The notes under the pieces were generated by a model. The model did not search any database and was not told the DNA's origin. It was given only the letters and a program-made list of their open reading frames with translations. From Spirochaetaceae bacterium (GTDB taxonomy: Bacteria; Spirochaetota; Spirochaetia; DSM-2461), in the NCBI GenBank assembly GCA_051531975.1, contig JAOPTT010000001.1, positions 96,001-160,000 of the forward strand: a stretch of DNA of 64,000 nt. The letters run 5' to 3'. Position numbers and translations under genes: made by a program. Every line of letters begins with the position of its first letter. The stretch's first letter is position 1. This document shows, one piece after another, positions 16,809 through 27,317 of the stretch.

Positions 16809-18326
16809 TTATTCCTCTCTCTTTTTAATCCAGATTGGGGAACTCCATGCCCACTGATTATTTTTCTGTGCGATACGGACATAATAAAAATCCTCCCTGT
16901 CCCCTTCTGAAATATCAGAGACTAAAATCTCTTTTTTATATTCACTTTCAGGTATAAACCTTCCAATCCTGTAAGAACCACTAATAAAGCCACCTAGAAA
17001 GTGCCCAACTGAACCGTCTATGATTCCTGAAATAGGGATAAGATGTTCTTTCCCATTTATATCCAGCTTAATTTTTGTATCTTTGTTTCCTTCAAGCTCA
17101 ATTGTTACTGCCTGGTTAGAGTTGGTCGTAGTTGTTGGATTACCCCAGGTAGATGTGGTAAATGAGAACTCACTATTATCATCCTTTTTAATTCTAGTAA
17201 ACTGGTATTCGTTCCCATGTTTATCATTTGGTTCCACTACATCAATACCATGGAAATGAGGTTCTGAACTTAATATAGAACCATCTTCTAATTGAAGTCT
17301 TACATTCCAGTCCTGACGTATATTTTTTTCACCCCAGCCAAGCTCCAGTCTAAATTTACCTTTAAACAGACCAACATCTGAATATGCGTCATAATTTGCA
17401 TAGTTTAATCGTTTTAAAACACGGTTATTTTTTAATAACTCAACTTTATCAATACTATGGTTACCTTTAACATTTATTTTAATATTCCTACTACTTTCAA
17501 AAGTAGAAATGGAACCCATAGGTTTGTTATTTATCAAAAAATCCAACTCTATTTTATCACCGGATATTGCGTACGTTCTTCTATTAATAATTGCATCCCA
17601 GATAGATTCCCTAGTTAAACTCTCTGACAATACAGCCATAACACCATGTCCGTAACTGCCGGGATGGGCACTATGATGGTCAGTTGAACCGATAATACCA
17701 AAATGGTGCCCTGCTTCCAAACCGGCCTGCATTGTATTTTCATAATTTCGTGGCCCCATTGTATGAAGTGAGGAGAAAGGTGCATCTTCACTCTCTGAGC
17801 AGCCATGCATGGAGATTATTTCAACAACTGGGCTTACATCTTCATTAAAAGTTTTCCAGTTTATACCCCGGAACCCCTGTTTATACCCTATATGGTGTGG
17901 AATCATAATAGATTTGACTTCACTACTATTTTTCTCTCTAATAAAACCCTGAACCTCTTCAAATGTATGTGGTTTTACCATTTTATCAATTCCATCAATA
18001 GAATAAATAACATAATCACCATGTTCAAATGAGTGCATTTCATAACTCGAAAATGTTACAAAATTACCCGGATCATTATATTGGTTTATAGATTTATTAT
18101 ACTCTGGCCACTCTTTCTCCAGCTTGTTAAAACCTTTAACATGATAATCAACAATTGGTTTCATTCTGCCAATTGGTTCAGGAATGTCCGGCCAGAAGGA
18201 GTGTCCTGTTACACTTACGATATCCAGCTGAAGTTTTGCATTATCAAGAGCCTCTTTTAGAGGACCATGTCCATAACTAATATTACAATGGTTGTGAATA
18301 TCCCCAAAATATATCTTATTTTTCAT
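16809..18326 (-). CDS. PHP-like metallohydrolase (DUF3604 / CehA-McbA-like)
   Basis: FGDIHNH, VTGH, IPHH, VEIISMHG, GSTDHH, RRTYAISG, YYVRI.Q..QWAWSSPIW. Start placed at ATG 18326 after GAGGAG (ORF track gives 18344). Confidence 0.8.
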   Translation of the reverse strand: MKNKIYFGDIHNHCNISYGHGPLKEALDNAKLQLDIVSVTGHSFWPDIPEPIGRMKPIVDYHVKGFNKLEKEWPEYNKSINQYNDPGNFVTFSSYEMHSFEHGDYVIYSIDGIDKMVKPHTFEEVQGFIREKNSSEVKSIMIPHHIGYKQGFRGINWKTFNEDVSPVVEIISMHGCSESEDAPFSSLHTMGPRNYENTMQAGLEAGHHFGIIGSTDHHSAHPGSYGHGVMAVLSESLTRESIWDAIINRRTYAISGDKIELDFLINNKPMGSISTFESSRNIKINVKGNHSIDKVELLKNNRVLKRLNYANYDAYSDVGLFKGKFRLELGWGEKNIRQDWNVRLQLEDGSILSSEPHFHGIDVVEPNDKHGNEYQFTRIKKDDNSEFSFTTSTWGNPTTTTNSNQAVTIELEGNKDTKIKLDINGKEHLIPISGIIDGSVGHFLGGFISGSYRIGRFIPESEYKKEILVSDISEGDREDFYYVRIAQKNNQWAWSSPIWIKKREE

Positions 18327-18329
18327 TAT

Positions 18330-18373
18330 AGTCTCCTCGTTCATTCTGTTATTACAGAATATACGAGGAGACT
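18330..18373 (-). promoter_or_regulatory. Long hairpin sequestering the RBS of the PHP-like gene
   Basis: AGTCTCCTCGT (18330-40) pairs with ACGAGGAGACT (18363-73); inner stem ATTCTGT/ACAGAAT. Confidence 0.7.
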
Positions 18374-18374
18374 C

Positions 18375-18466
18375 AAAACCGTAAATTGTTAATAAACAAC
18401 AGATGTGCCATATACCTACAAATTAGAAGTAATTAGAAAAATTCAGATCATCATTTCTAAACAGAT
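18375..18466 (-). repeat. 92-bp conserved non-coding element, copy A
   Basis: Ungapped alignment with 34976-35067, about 80% identical by hand count. Confidence 0.8.
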
Positions 18467-18468
18467 AT

Positions 18469-19284
18469 TCATTTAAGTAACAAAATACCCTGTAGGGATG
18501 AAATCCTGCTTGAATTTGACCAGGAACCAACATATTTTCCATTTGTATCAAACTCTACCAGCTGTCTACCTTTATTACCATTATCCTTACCATGCCCCTG
18601 CCAGTTGGCAACTAAGACTCCACCATTAGGTAGAATTTCAAAGGCAGCATAGAAAAATGGTGATACAATCTCTGGAACATCTTTTTTAGATCCAAATGTA
18701 TTTTCTAAATTACCCTGGTAATCAAAATTTGCCATAAAAGCACCATAACCAGCAGAAAGAAGGGTTGTTCCATCAGAATATCGGTGGGCTAACCACGCAT
18801 GTTCAAAGCCGGGAGCCTGAAGAGTACGGTTGTATTTAAGGTCTTTATCTACTTCAAGAAAGTGATCATCAGAACCTAATAGATATGTACCTGTATCTGT
18901 TGGCCTCATCATCCTGACATAGTCACCTGTCCTATATACTGTATTAATTATTTCATCATTAGGATCTAGAGTTATTACATTAATACCCTTTTTAATTAGA
19001 TCCTGTCCGGTAATAAGAGTATTCCCGTTTTTAAGTCTTCTAGCTGAAGTAACATTGCTCCATCTATCTACAATTTTAGTTGGTTTACCACTGTTTATAT
19101 CTATTTCAAAATATCCTCTATCAAAACCAACTAAGACAATATTACTCTCTACCAACTGTAGATCTCGGCCCATGGGGAGATCTTTTAAAGAAAAGGACCA
19201 CCCCCAATTTGTATCTGTAGTATCGTAAGTACCCAGAGTCTGATTACCTTCATCATAACCAAGAAATTTATATTTTAGTTCCAC
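18469..19284 (-). CDS. Hypothetical protein, probable beta-propeller
   Basis: Recurring blade-like motifs (RRLKNGNTLI, RYSDGTTLL, ILPNGGVLVANWQGHG, LVEFDTNGK); GTG start after AAGGAG. Confidence 0.7.
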   Translation of the reverse strand: MELKYKFLGYDEGNQTLGTYDTTDTNWGWSFSLKDLPMGRDLQLVESNIVLVGFDRGYFEIDINSGKPTKIVDRWSNVTSARRLKNGNTLITGQDLIKKGINVITLDPNDEIINTVYRTGDYVRMMRPTDTGTYLLGSDDHFLEVDKDLKYNRTLQAPGFEHAWLAHRYSDGTTLLSAGYGAFMANFDYQGNLENTFGSKKDVPEIVSPFFYAAFEILPNGGVLVANWQGHGKDNGNKGRQLVEFDTNGKYVGSWSNSSRISSLQGILLLK

Positions 19285-19299
19285 TTTATCTCCTTTATT

Positions 19300-20478
19300 T
19301 TACCAGTACATTTTCCAGTCCCGATCGAGTCTCATTAATGCTTCAAAATAATAATAATCACCCCATATATTACACTCATCAATACCATTTTTCTGGGGCA
19401 TAGCATATACAGCATGTAGTAATATACCATTAGATTTTGGTTCCGTCACCGTTGTATAGTTTTCTGATAAGGACTTAATCATTTTAATAGCCGCATTTTT
19501 ATAGATGTCTTTTTTAGGATCAGCATCTTTTATATTTTTATCATACTCTAATAATCCACAAGCTGTTATAGCGGCAGAAGATGAGTCCCTCTCTACATCG
19601 CCTTCTGTAAAGATAAGGTCCCAGTAACAAACTTCATCGACTGGAAGTCTGTTTAGATAATAATTTGTAACATTGTCTGTTAATCCTAAAATCTTTTCAT
19701 CTTTAATATAACCATAACTCAGTGGAAATCCATATATTGCCCATGCCTGTCCTCTAGCCCAACAGGAATCGTCAGAAAATCCCTGACAGGTTCTACCAAA
19801 TTTTGGTTCTCCTGTTTCTACATCCATATAGAAAGTATGGTAAGTAGAAGAGTCTTCTCTAATGATGTATTTAGCGGCCTGTCTAACGTGGGATGTTGCA
19901 GCATCTCTGTATTTTGGGTCTCCTGTCATCTCTGTTGCCCAAAATAGAAGTGGAAGATTCATACAACAATCAATTATCATTCGCCCCTGTTGTTCTGGAT
20001 CGTTAATATCACCCCAGGCCTGGATAATTCCAGCTATTGGTAAATATCTATCCATTAATCTGTCAGCTGCCATTAAAGCAGTCTCTTTAGCAAACTCATC
20101 ACCTGTAATTTTATATGCCGCAACACAGGATAATGAATATAAAAAACCAAGGTCATGATGATTTGTCAACTTCTCAGACTTCAGTCTCTCTCTAAAACTC
20201 CGAACCTGTATCATAGCAATATTTTTATATTTTTCATCATTTGTATACTCATAGGCAAGCCATAACATACCGGTCCAAAATGATGAAGTCCAACATGTAT
20301 TATCTATAGCTGGATATACAAGATCTATACTTGCTGCCCTAGGGAATTTATCTGTAAAAACATCTAAGTTTTCATCCATCTTTTTTAATATAAAATTAAT
20401 TGAGTCTTTTATATCCTGTTTCGAAAAATCCGGTTTATTAATATACCGATCCCTATTCTTTATTTCTTCTTTTATCAT
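19300..20478 (-). CDS. GH88 unsaturated glucuronyl hydrolase
   Basis: WTSSFWTG, HHDLGFLY, IIDCCMNLPLL, WARGQAW, DSSSAAI, WGDYYYFEAL. Confidence 0.93.
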   Translation of the reverse strand: MIKEEIKNRDRYINKPDFSKQDIKDSINFILKKMDENLDVFTDKFPRAASIDLVYPAIDNTCWTSSFWTGMLWLAYEYTNDEKYKNIAMIQVRSFRERLKSEKLTNHHDLGFLYSLSCVAAYKITGDEFAKETALMAADRLMDRYLPIAGIIQAWGDINDPEQQGRMIIDCCMNLPLLFWATEMTGDPKYRDAATSHVRQAAKYIIREDSSTYHTFYMDVETGEPKFGRTCQGFSDDSCWARGQAWAIYGFPLSYGYIKDEKILGLTDNVTNYYLNRLPVDEVCYWDLIFTEGDVERDSSSAAITACGLLEYDKNIKDADPKKDIYKNAAIKMIKSLSENYTTVTEPKSNGILLHAVYAMPQKNGIDECNIWGDYYYFEALMRLDRDWKMYW

Positions 20479-20561
20479 ATGATTTCCTTTATCAACAATT
20501 GATATTAAATTTGTTTACGACAATTATAATATTGCACCCTAGGTTGGTATGTGAATTCAGT

Positions 20562-22775
20562 TTAGTAATTTTCCCCCAGAGCATATGCTCCTGGGGATAA
20601 CCCTACATACTTTTTAAATACTCTGATAAATGTATTTGAACTATTAAATCCAACTCTACCTGCCAATTCTTGAATCTGTATATTACTGTTTTTTTCAAGT
20701 AACTGTTTTGCTTTTGTTATTCTGTGTTTATTAAGCACATCCTTAAAATTTGAGCCTGTTACCCGTTTAAAAAGTATACTGCTGTATTTCTCTGTTATAT
20801 CTAAATGTTGTGAAATATCATATAGACTGATATCCCTGCTATAATTTTTATGGATATATGCCATAATCTCTTGAGCCATAAGATTGTTACTATTATTCTT
20901 GTCAGATGAAACAGTACCAATTATCTGTTCAAATAGTTCATGAACTTTACTTCTAATCTGTTTATTATCCTCTAATGATAAAATTTCAAGAACATACCGC
21001 ATCTCATTATCAAATAGTTCACCTTCAATTTTTTTCTCTTGCTGAATTCTATTAATAGTGGACATAAGTGAGAAAAGGAAATTACGTTTTCTATCATAAC
21101 TTAACCTTCTAACAAGTAGGTTTTCGTCAAGTAGAAGTTCCACGACCTTTTTAGTTTCAGATCTATTGCCATTTAAAATCCCGCTTATAAGTCTGTTTTC
21201 CACATTTAATGGAAAAAAGTAGTGATAATCTCTAAATGACTTTAAGTCATCTATGGTCAAGATCTGTTTTATTCCTACAGAGTTTTTATACTCCATAATC
21301 CTGTTTGCCTCATTAAATGATATTTTAACCTTTTTCATATCATCTACTTTTCTACCTACAGAGGCAATAACTACAACATCATACTCCTCTTCTATATTGA
21401 TTATCAGACTTTTAACTGTGTCTTCAATATCTACTGAATCAACTTTAAGAATTAATACAAAACTATTATAATCAATATTTACAAATTGTATTTTTTCACT
21501 ATTTAAAGTTGCGGCTCTAATTATGTTTTTTGCTAAAAAAACTGTATCGTTTTCAAGAGTATTATCCCACTCTTCAATATTAAACAGAATAACCTGAAAA
21601 TCACCCTTTTCTATTCTGAAATCTTTATATGAATCAAACTTAGCGGTATTTATTCCATAAAGTAGATCTTTGTGGAATTTCTCCAGTAATAAATTTGAAT
21701 TTTTTAGAATAAGACTTTTTAATTGTAAATTATCATTTTGAATCTCTTCAGCTTTTAAATTAATAAATTCAAACTCATTAAAACCTTTATCACCTATACT
21801 TTCACCAGAGAAAGTATCAATAACAGTTGATACAGGCTTATACAAAAAGGATGTAATAAATTTTGCAATACCTAAACAGAGAATACATAGAAGGACATAC
21901 GGTATTAAAATTAGTAGTAGAGTTTTTAATATAAAAGATTTATCTTCCTGGTATAGGTAGATATAATTCATATTCTGATTAGTTGAAGGTAAAACATATC
22001 CATCCAACTCTCCATAGCTAAAATATCTATTATCATTTTTTACAGGCAGTGAAGAGTCTATAATATTGTCAAAATCTGTAGTCTGCAGATATGATAGAGA
22101 GTTTGAGATATATTTACTTATAAGATTACTGTTATATGTTATTAACCACCCATCATTTAGGTCCAGTATAGATGAATAATAGTTCTCCTCATCTATTGTA
22201 AGATAAAAAAAGACTTCTCTATCTCCATATTTCTGAAGAGTAATATAGTTGATCTTTTTTTTGCCCTTCACAATCCCATTTTTAATTAGATATTTATTAT
22301 ATCCTCTTAAATTTTTTAATTCTGTATGTAACTCATTACGTTTTTTATCATTTAAACCTAAAACATTTTTATAATATTCATCTTTTGACAAACTACTGGA
22401 TTGAGTAATCACAGAGTAGTTTTCATCCTGAATTGTGACTCCTATCTGAAAATCAAGGGCTCCTAGACTAAGTTGCTGCTTTGCAATGTCATCCTGAACT
22501 TTTAACAGGTAGTAGTAATACTCATCCTCACTGGAGTATGCCCATGTCTCAATAAGTGAGGAAGTCCTAAAGTTAATAAGGGATGTGAACGCTATATTTA
22601 TCTGGAGATCAAGCTGCTGTTTCTTAGATGAAATCAGTTGTTCCCTATTATGTTTTTTTTCTTTCTGGGATATTTTTAAACCATAAAAAACAACTCCACC
22701 TGTAATAATAGTTGTTAAAAAAAGGAGGAGTGTTAAGTAGATTACAAATATCTTTTTTTCATAAGTTCCGTGCAT
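20562..22775 (-). CDS. Membrane-anchored AraC regulator with extracytoplasmic sensor domain
   Basis: Two TM segments flank a large loop; C-terminal AraC HTH (VGFNSSNTFIRVFKKYVGLSPG). Confidence 0.9.
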   Translation of the reverse strand: MHGTYEKKIFVIYLTLLLFLTTIITGGVVFYGLKISQKEKKHNREQLISSKKQQLDLQINIAFTSLINFRTSSLIETWAYSSEDEYYYYLLKVQDDIAKQQLSLGALDFQIGVTIQDENYSVITQSSSLSKDEYYKNVLGLNDKKRNELHTELKNLRGYNKYLIKNGIVKGKKKINYITLQKYGDREVFFYLTIDEENYYSSILDLNDGWLITYNSNLISKYISNSLSYLQTTDFDNIIDSSLPVKNDNRYFSYGELDGYVLPSTNQNMNYIYLYQEDKSFILKTLLLILIPYVLLCILCLGIAKFITSFLYKPVSTVIDTFSGESIGDKGFNEFEFINLKAEEIQNDNLQLKSLILKNSNLLLEKFHKDLLYGINTAKFDSYKDFRIEKGDFQVILFNIEEWDNTLENDTVFLAKNIIRAATLNSEKIQFVNIDYNSFVLILKVDSVDIEDTVKSLIINIEEEYDVVVIASVGRKVDDMKKVKISFNEANRIMEYKNSVGIKQILTIDDLKSFRDYHYFFPLNVENRLISGILNGNRSETKKVVELLLDENLLVRRLSYDRKRNFLFSLMSTINRIQQEKKIEGELFDNEMRYVLEILSLEDNKQIRSKVHELFEQIIGTVSSDKNNSNNLMAQEIMAYIHKNYSRDISLYDISQHLDITEKYSSILFKRVTGSNFKDVLNKHRITKAKQLLEKNSNIQIQELAGRVGFNSSNTFIRVFKKYVGLSPGAYALGENY

Positions 22776-22829
22776 TATTTAATCCTTAAAACATGATAAC
22801 AAAGGTTGTAGTATTCAACAAGTTTTTTG

Positions 22830-24197
22830 TTAATTCTCTCCACCCATCAGAGTCCTCTTTTTCCTATAAACCCCTCTCATATACTCCAGTTGTAGTTTAT
22901 ACTCTTTATTATATATAAGATTATTTTGTTCAAGAGGATCCTCTTCCAAGTGAAATAACTCCTCGATATCATTTGGGGTATATATATATTTATATCCTTT
23001 GTAAACAACTGCTCTTCGAATCTGTCCATACCATGAAATACCTGAGAATTGCAAAAAAATCGGACTGTGATCTATAGGTTCAGTCCCAGTAATTGTCCCA
23101 AGGAGAGATCTTCCTTCAAGGGGTTGCCCAGTAGTAGAAGTTGATATTAGATCCAATATTGTTGGAACTACATCCAGATGGGATACTGGAATATCTGATT
23201 TTCCACTAGGATATCCTGGAATCTTCAAAATAAATGGTACTCTGACAGCCTGTTCATATAACTCCATCTTTTGATACATTTTATGTTGACCAAGATGATC
23301 CCCATGATCGGAAGTAAACAAGATAGCTGTACTGTCCCATAAACCTCTATCTTTTAAACTCTGAATAACCCTTCCTATTGCTTTATCCGCCATGTGTACA
23401 AGTCCAAGATGGGCAGACCATGCCTCTCGCCAATCTTCTTCCGATCTATTTTCCGCCAGAATAGCAGGGACTGCTTCCCGTCTTTTTGGCGGTTCATTGG
23501 AAGCTGGTATTCCCACATTAGCTGGGAGAGTTATATCAGCCGGTGGAAACATTGAAAAATAAGGTTCTGGAACAATCAAAGGTGGATGAGGTGCCCACAA
23601 ATTAAGAAACATAGCAAAAGGATTTTCTTTCTCAGAATCAATATAATCAATTGCCCTGTCGACAAACCAGTTATCCATAAAACAGTTTTCATTATATGGG
23701 AAAAGGGATTTTCTGGAATTTGAATACTTACGCTCAACTATCTCACCCTCTTTCTCCAGTATTAAACATTTGGTTTTATTCCTTTCATCCGGTGTCATAT
23801 CAATACCATTAACCTGTGCCCACTGCTCATATTCAGAATTCCCAATCCAATAGTCAAATTTAACATCCTCTACAAGAGGGGGTAAAACACGAATATGATG
23901 AACACCAATGTGGGCTACATCATAATTTGCTTCTTTAAGATATTTGTGTATGGTTTTCTGCTCAGATGCGGTATCCCCTGCCCAGTCATTATATACAACA
24001 CCACTATCCAACGGGGCAACTCCCGTAGCTAACGCTGTTCTTGCTGGTACACAGAGAGGGGAAGCGTTGTAGCAGGTTGAAAACTGGTAAGATTCCTCCA
24101 TTAATCTGTTTAAATTAGGAGTTACTTCTATTCCACACTGAACCATACCTAAACTATCAGCTCTCTGATGGTCAGTCATAATATGTATTATATTCAT
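22830..24197 (-). CDS. Cys-type S1 sulfatase, cytoplasmic
   Basis: MTDHQR, CVPARTALATG, APHPP, FTSDHGDHLG. Confidence 0.92.
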   Translation of the reverse strand: MNIIHIMTDHQRADSLGMVQCGIEVTPNLNRLMEESYQFSTCYNASPLCVPARTALATGVAPLDSGVVYNDWAGDTASEQKTIHKYLKEANYDVAHIGVHHIRVLPPLVEDVKFDYWIGNSEYEQWAQVNGIDMTPDERNKTKCLILEKEGEIVERKYSNSRKSLFPYNENCFMDNWFVDRAIDYIDSEKENPFAMFLNLWAPHPPLIVPEPYFSMFPPADITLPANVGIPASNEPPKRREAVPAILAENRSEEDWREAWSAHLGLVHMADKAIGRVIQSLKDRGLWDSTAILFTSDHGDHLGQHKMYQKMELYEQAVRVPFILKIPGYPSGKSDIPVSHLDVVPTILDLISTSTTGQPLEGRSLLGTITGTEPIDHSPIFLQFSGISWYGQIRRAVVYKGYKYIYTPNDIEELFHLEEDPLEQNNLIYNKEYKLQLEYMRGVYRKKRTLMGGEN

Positions 24198-25618
24198 TGT
24201 TCTCCTCCAAATGGATCGTTAATCTCTTTAAGTTTTTTATAGAGTTTCTCTTCAAGCTGCCGGGATACAGGGTGATCAAAACAATTTTTTAATTCAATTG
24301 GAGATAGTTGATATGGGTCTACAATCAGATCGTATAAATACCTTTTAGTATCTTCACCGGGGACATAACCACGATGAATAACATAACAGTACTGTTTAGT
24401 TCTAAGTCCTCGCCAGCCATATTCAAGACTGTTCAGGTTCTGTTTTTCAAACTCTTTAATAGCAGTGGCACGGCCAGGATAAGCTGTAATTAATGCACTC
24501 TCAGGAATGTTTAGACACTGCTCTCCAATCATATATGGACCAAGATTGCTTCCCTCTACATCTGCTCCATACTCTATTCCCATTATTGAGAGGATTGATG
24601 GTAGATGATCGGGACTGTTTAAAAGGATATCTGTCTGTTTTGCCTCTATTTTTTCTGGCCAGCGTATAATAAACGGAATACCAATAGACTCTTCGTACCA
24701 TACATGTTTATGAAGTAAATTATGGGAACCAAGCATCTCTCCGTGATCAGCCGACAGAACAACTATTGTATTATCCCTCTGATTTGACTTTTCAAGATAA
24801 TCCAGAATACGCCCTACATTATCATCAATTCCTGATACTGCTGCATAGTAGTCTTTTGTATTGGTAAAAAGTTCAGCTTCCGTTAAAGACTCCCACTGAC
24901 CTGTATGGTCTTTTACTTTTCCATGGTGGGCATTTTTCCTAAACTCTTTTGGAAGATCTTTATAAAGCTCTTTATACTTCTGGGGAACCTCATCAAATGG
25001 TGTATGTGGTGGATTATAGGAGATAAACATTGCAAATGGTTTGTTATCAGTCTGCTTAGTTTTCATAAAATTAAGGGCAATATCTGTTTCATGACTTACA
25101 GACCACTCACCTGGTTCTATTTTTTTACTAGTGTCCATCCAGTAGTGGGGATTATTGTGTCTGTTCATAGCTCCATAGGAGTACCAGAAATCAAAACCTT
25201 GCCGTCCCTCCCCAGGGGGAGTAAAAGCATCCCATTCTACAGCTTCTGATTCGGGGTTATCTGAATTGTTTAATTCAGGATCATCCAGATGCCATTTACC
25301 AAGATATGCAGTAGAATATCCACTATTTTTAAGACAATTCCCAAATGAACCAGGATCTGGCTTTAGAAAAACTGAGTTTTTTAATCCCGTTTTACAGTTT
25401 GTCCAGACTCCAGTGCTTATAGGATACTTCCCTGTAATAAGTGAAGCTCTGTGAGGGGAGCAGAGAGGACATGTTGATATTGCATTTTCAAACACCATAG
25501 ACTCAGAAGCAAATTTATCTATATGTGGTGTTATTACAGGATCTTCGTTCATGAATCCAATTGCGTTTCGCCGCCACTGGTCGGCAAATATATATATGAG
25601 GTTTGGTTGAGTTTTCAA
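24194..25618 (-). CDS. Cys-type S1 sulfatase, cytoplasmic
   Basis: PNLIYIFADQWR, CSPHRASLITG, GKWHLD, NPPHTP, SADHGEMLG; TTG start. Confidence 0.93.
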   Translation of the reverse strand: MKTQPNLIYIFADQWRRNAIGFMNEDPVITPHIDKFASESMVFENAISTCPLCSPHRASLITGKYPISTGVWTNCKTGLKNSVFLKPDPGSFGNCLKNSGYSTAYLGKWHLDDPELNNSDNPESEAVEWDAFTPPGEGRQGFDFWYSYGAMNRHNNPHYWMDTSKKIEPGEWSVSHETDIALNFMKTKQTDNKPFAMFISYNPPHTPFDEVPQKYKELYKDLPKEFRKNAHHGKVKDHTGQWESLTEAELFTNTKDYYAAVSGIDDNVGRILDYLEKSNQRDNTIVVLSADHGEMLGSHNLLHKHVWYEESIGIPFIIRWPEKIEAKQTDILLNSPDHLPSILSIMGIEYGADVEGSNLGPYMIGEQCLNIPESALITAYPGRATAIKEFEKQNLNSLEYGWRGLRTKQYCYVIHRGYVPGEDTKRYLYDLIVDPYQLSPIELKNCFDHPVSRQLEEKLYKKLKEINDPFGGEQ

Positions 25619-25636
25619 ATTATATCTCCATTTTAT

Positions 25637-27214
25637 TTAAGGAACATATCTATTTATATAAATATTGTAGGCGAGTTGATTTATCTCTATAGCTCTATTA
25701 ATCCCTTTTTTTTCTAGACTCTTTATATATGTAGGATACTCTTTTTCAAAATCTGAGCTTCCTACTAACATCCATTTTTGTATCATTTCTAGTGTATAGG
25801 TTGTAATTTGTGACATAATTTTTATATACTCTTTTTCCTGTTCAGGAGTATATTTAAGCAGTAGTATTCCAGAGTTTGAAGGGATTTCCCTTTTAACGTA
25901 TCCACCATCTATATACATTTGCATCCCATTAAGTGCAATCTGGTTCAACCAACCTTTTTCATATGCAAAATCCTGTAACATACCTATTCTAAACTGCACA
26001 CCATTACTCCTTAAACTTGTTAAGGCTGTTTCATCAGATTTCATAATTTTATCTGTATAAACAGGTTCTCCATTTTCAAGATAGTATGTGTCACCTTCTA
26101 TTCCATAGTTAATCAGCTTATGACCATCTGGTGTAAAAAAGAAATTAAAATACTTTATAAGGGTTACTGGATCTTTACAGGCTGTTGATATACCCCATCC
26201 TGGAACGTGGTGTCTTGCAGATTTCTCTAATCTCTCACCATTTTGATTAATTACTGGTATCATGGGTTTAAATTCAAAACCATCTATTTTATCAGTCAGT
26301 TTGTTATAGTTTGCAGTACTACCAAACCAGTCATGTGTAAATCCACCAACATTCTGACCTAGTAGAGTATCCCTTGCAGTATATCCCCTTGTAAAAATCT
26401 CGGGATCTATTAATTCCTCTCTGTACCACTTTATAAGAGTTTCCATCGCAATTTTAAACTCTTCCTCAATGGGTCCATAAACTATTTTACCATCCTTAAG
26501 GTCAAATTCACTGGCTGCACCCCATATTCCAAAAAGATCCCAGATATTAGCATTTCCATTCCTTTTAAACATTGGGATTTCATCTTTTAAACCATTCCCA
26601 TTAGGATCCATGTTTCTAAAAGCCTTTAAAACATTATAGAGTTCTGGGATAGTTTGAGGGACCATAAGATTTAACTTTTTTAGCCAGTCAGTTCTTATGT
26701 AATAACCCATAGCAACTTCCGCTTCCATAAACTTGGGGATAAAATATATGTTCCCATCTAGAGCTGTTGCAGCTGCTTTATAGTCAGAATGTTCATCTAA
26801 AAGTCTCTGTAAATCTGGGGCGTGCTCCTTTATAAGACTGTTTAGAGGGGTAAGTCCTCCATCCCGACCAAGAGCATCTAGTTTAGATGCCTGTGAATGG
26901 CCAATAATATCTGGAAGGTTCCCAGTAGAAATCATAAGATTAAAAGCTGAACTTTCATCGGAAGAACTTTGGGATGCGATACCTATTAAAGATACATTTG
27001 TCAGCTCTGAAGCTCTTTTAAAAACAGGCCATTCAGAGTTAAAAGGCATGTTATTAAATATATTAAAATAGGTAAAACTCACTGGTTCTTCACTAACAAA
27101 ACTGTCTAGTAATGGTCTATCCATAACTGTTTTGGTCTCTTTATCCGCATTTGAAAATAGAGAAAAAATTACAATGTTGAGAGATAAAATAGCAAAAAAC
27201 CTTTTAATATACAT
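25637..27214 (-). CDS. Family-1 sugar-binding protein (AlgQ/LplA-like), paralog of 31482-33044
   Basis: Signal peptide, YIRTDWLKKLNL, DPNGNG..DEIP, GFTHDWFGST, NYGIEG. Confidence 0.9.
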   Translation of the reverse strand: MYIKRFFAILSLNIVIFSLFSNADKETKTVMDRPLLDSFVSEEPVSFTYFNIFNNMPFNSEWPVFKRASELTNVSLIGIASQSSSDESSAFNLMISTGNLPDIIGHSQASKLDALGRDGGLTPLNSLIKEHAPDLQRLLDEHSDYKAAATALDGNIYFIPKFMEAEVAMGYYIRTDWLKKLNLMVPQTIPELYNVLKAFRNMDPNGNGLKDEIPMFKRNGNANIWDLFGIWGAASEFDLKDGKIVYGPIEEEFKIAMETLIKWYREELIDPEIFTRGYTARDTLLGQNVGGFTHDWFGSTANYNKLTDKIDGFEFKPMIPVINQNGERLEKSARHHVPGWGISTACKDPVTLIKYFNFFFTPDGHKLINYGIEGDTYYLENGEPVYTDKIMKSDETALTSLRSNGVQFRIGMLQDFAYEKGWLNQIALNGMQMYIDGGYVKREIPSNSGILLLKYTPEQEKEYIKIMSQITTYTLEMIQKWMLVGSSDFEKEYPTYIKSLEKKGINRAIEINQLAYNIYINRYVP

Positions 27215-27317
27215 TATTCCTCCAGACCATCAATACAAATACCATATCTTTTATTACTTTATATTTTAAACAGTTTTCTTTACAAAATCTATAAAGAACT
27301 AATTATTACACCTATAT

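Noticed and set aside
18395..18411. Sigma54-like TGGCAC-N5-TTGT on the minus strand within the 92-bp element
   Set aside because: The -12 box is TTGT rather than TTGC, the second copy lacks the invariant GG (CTGCAC), and no enhancer-binding protein is in the window.
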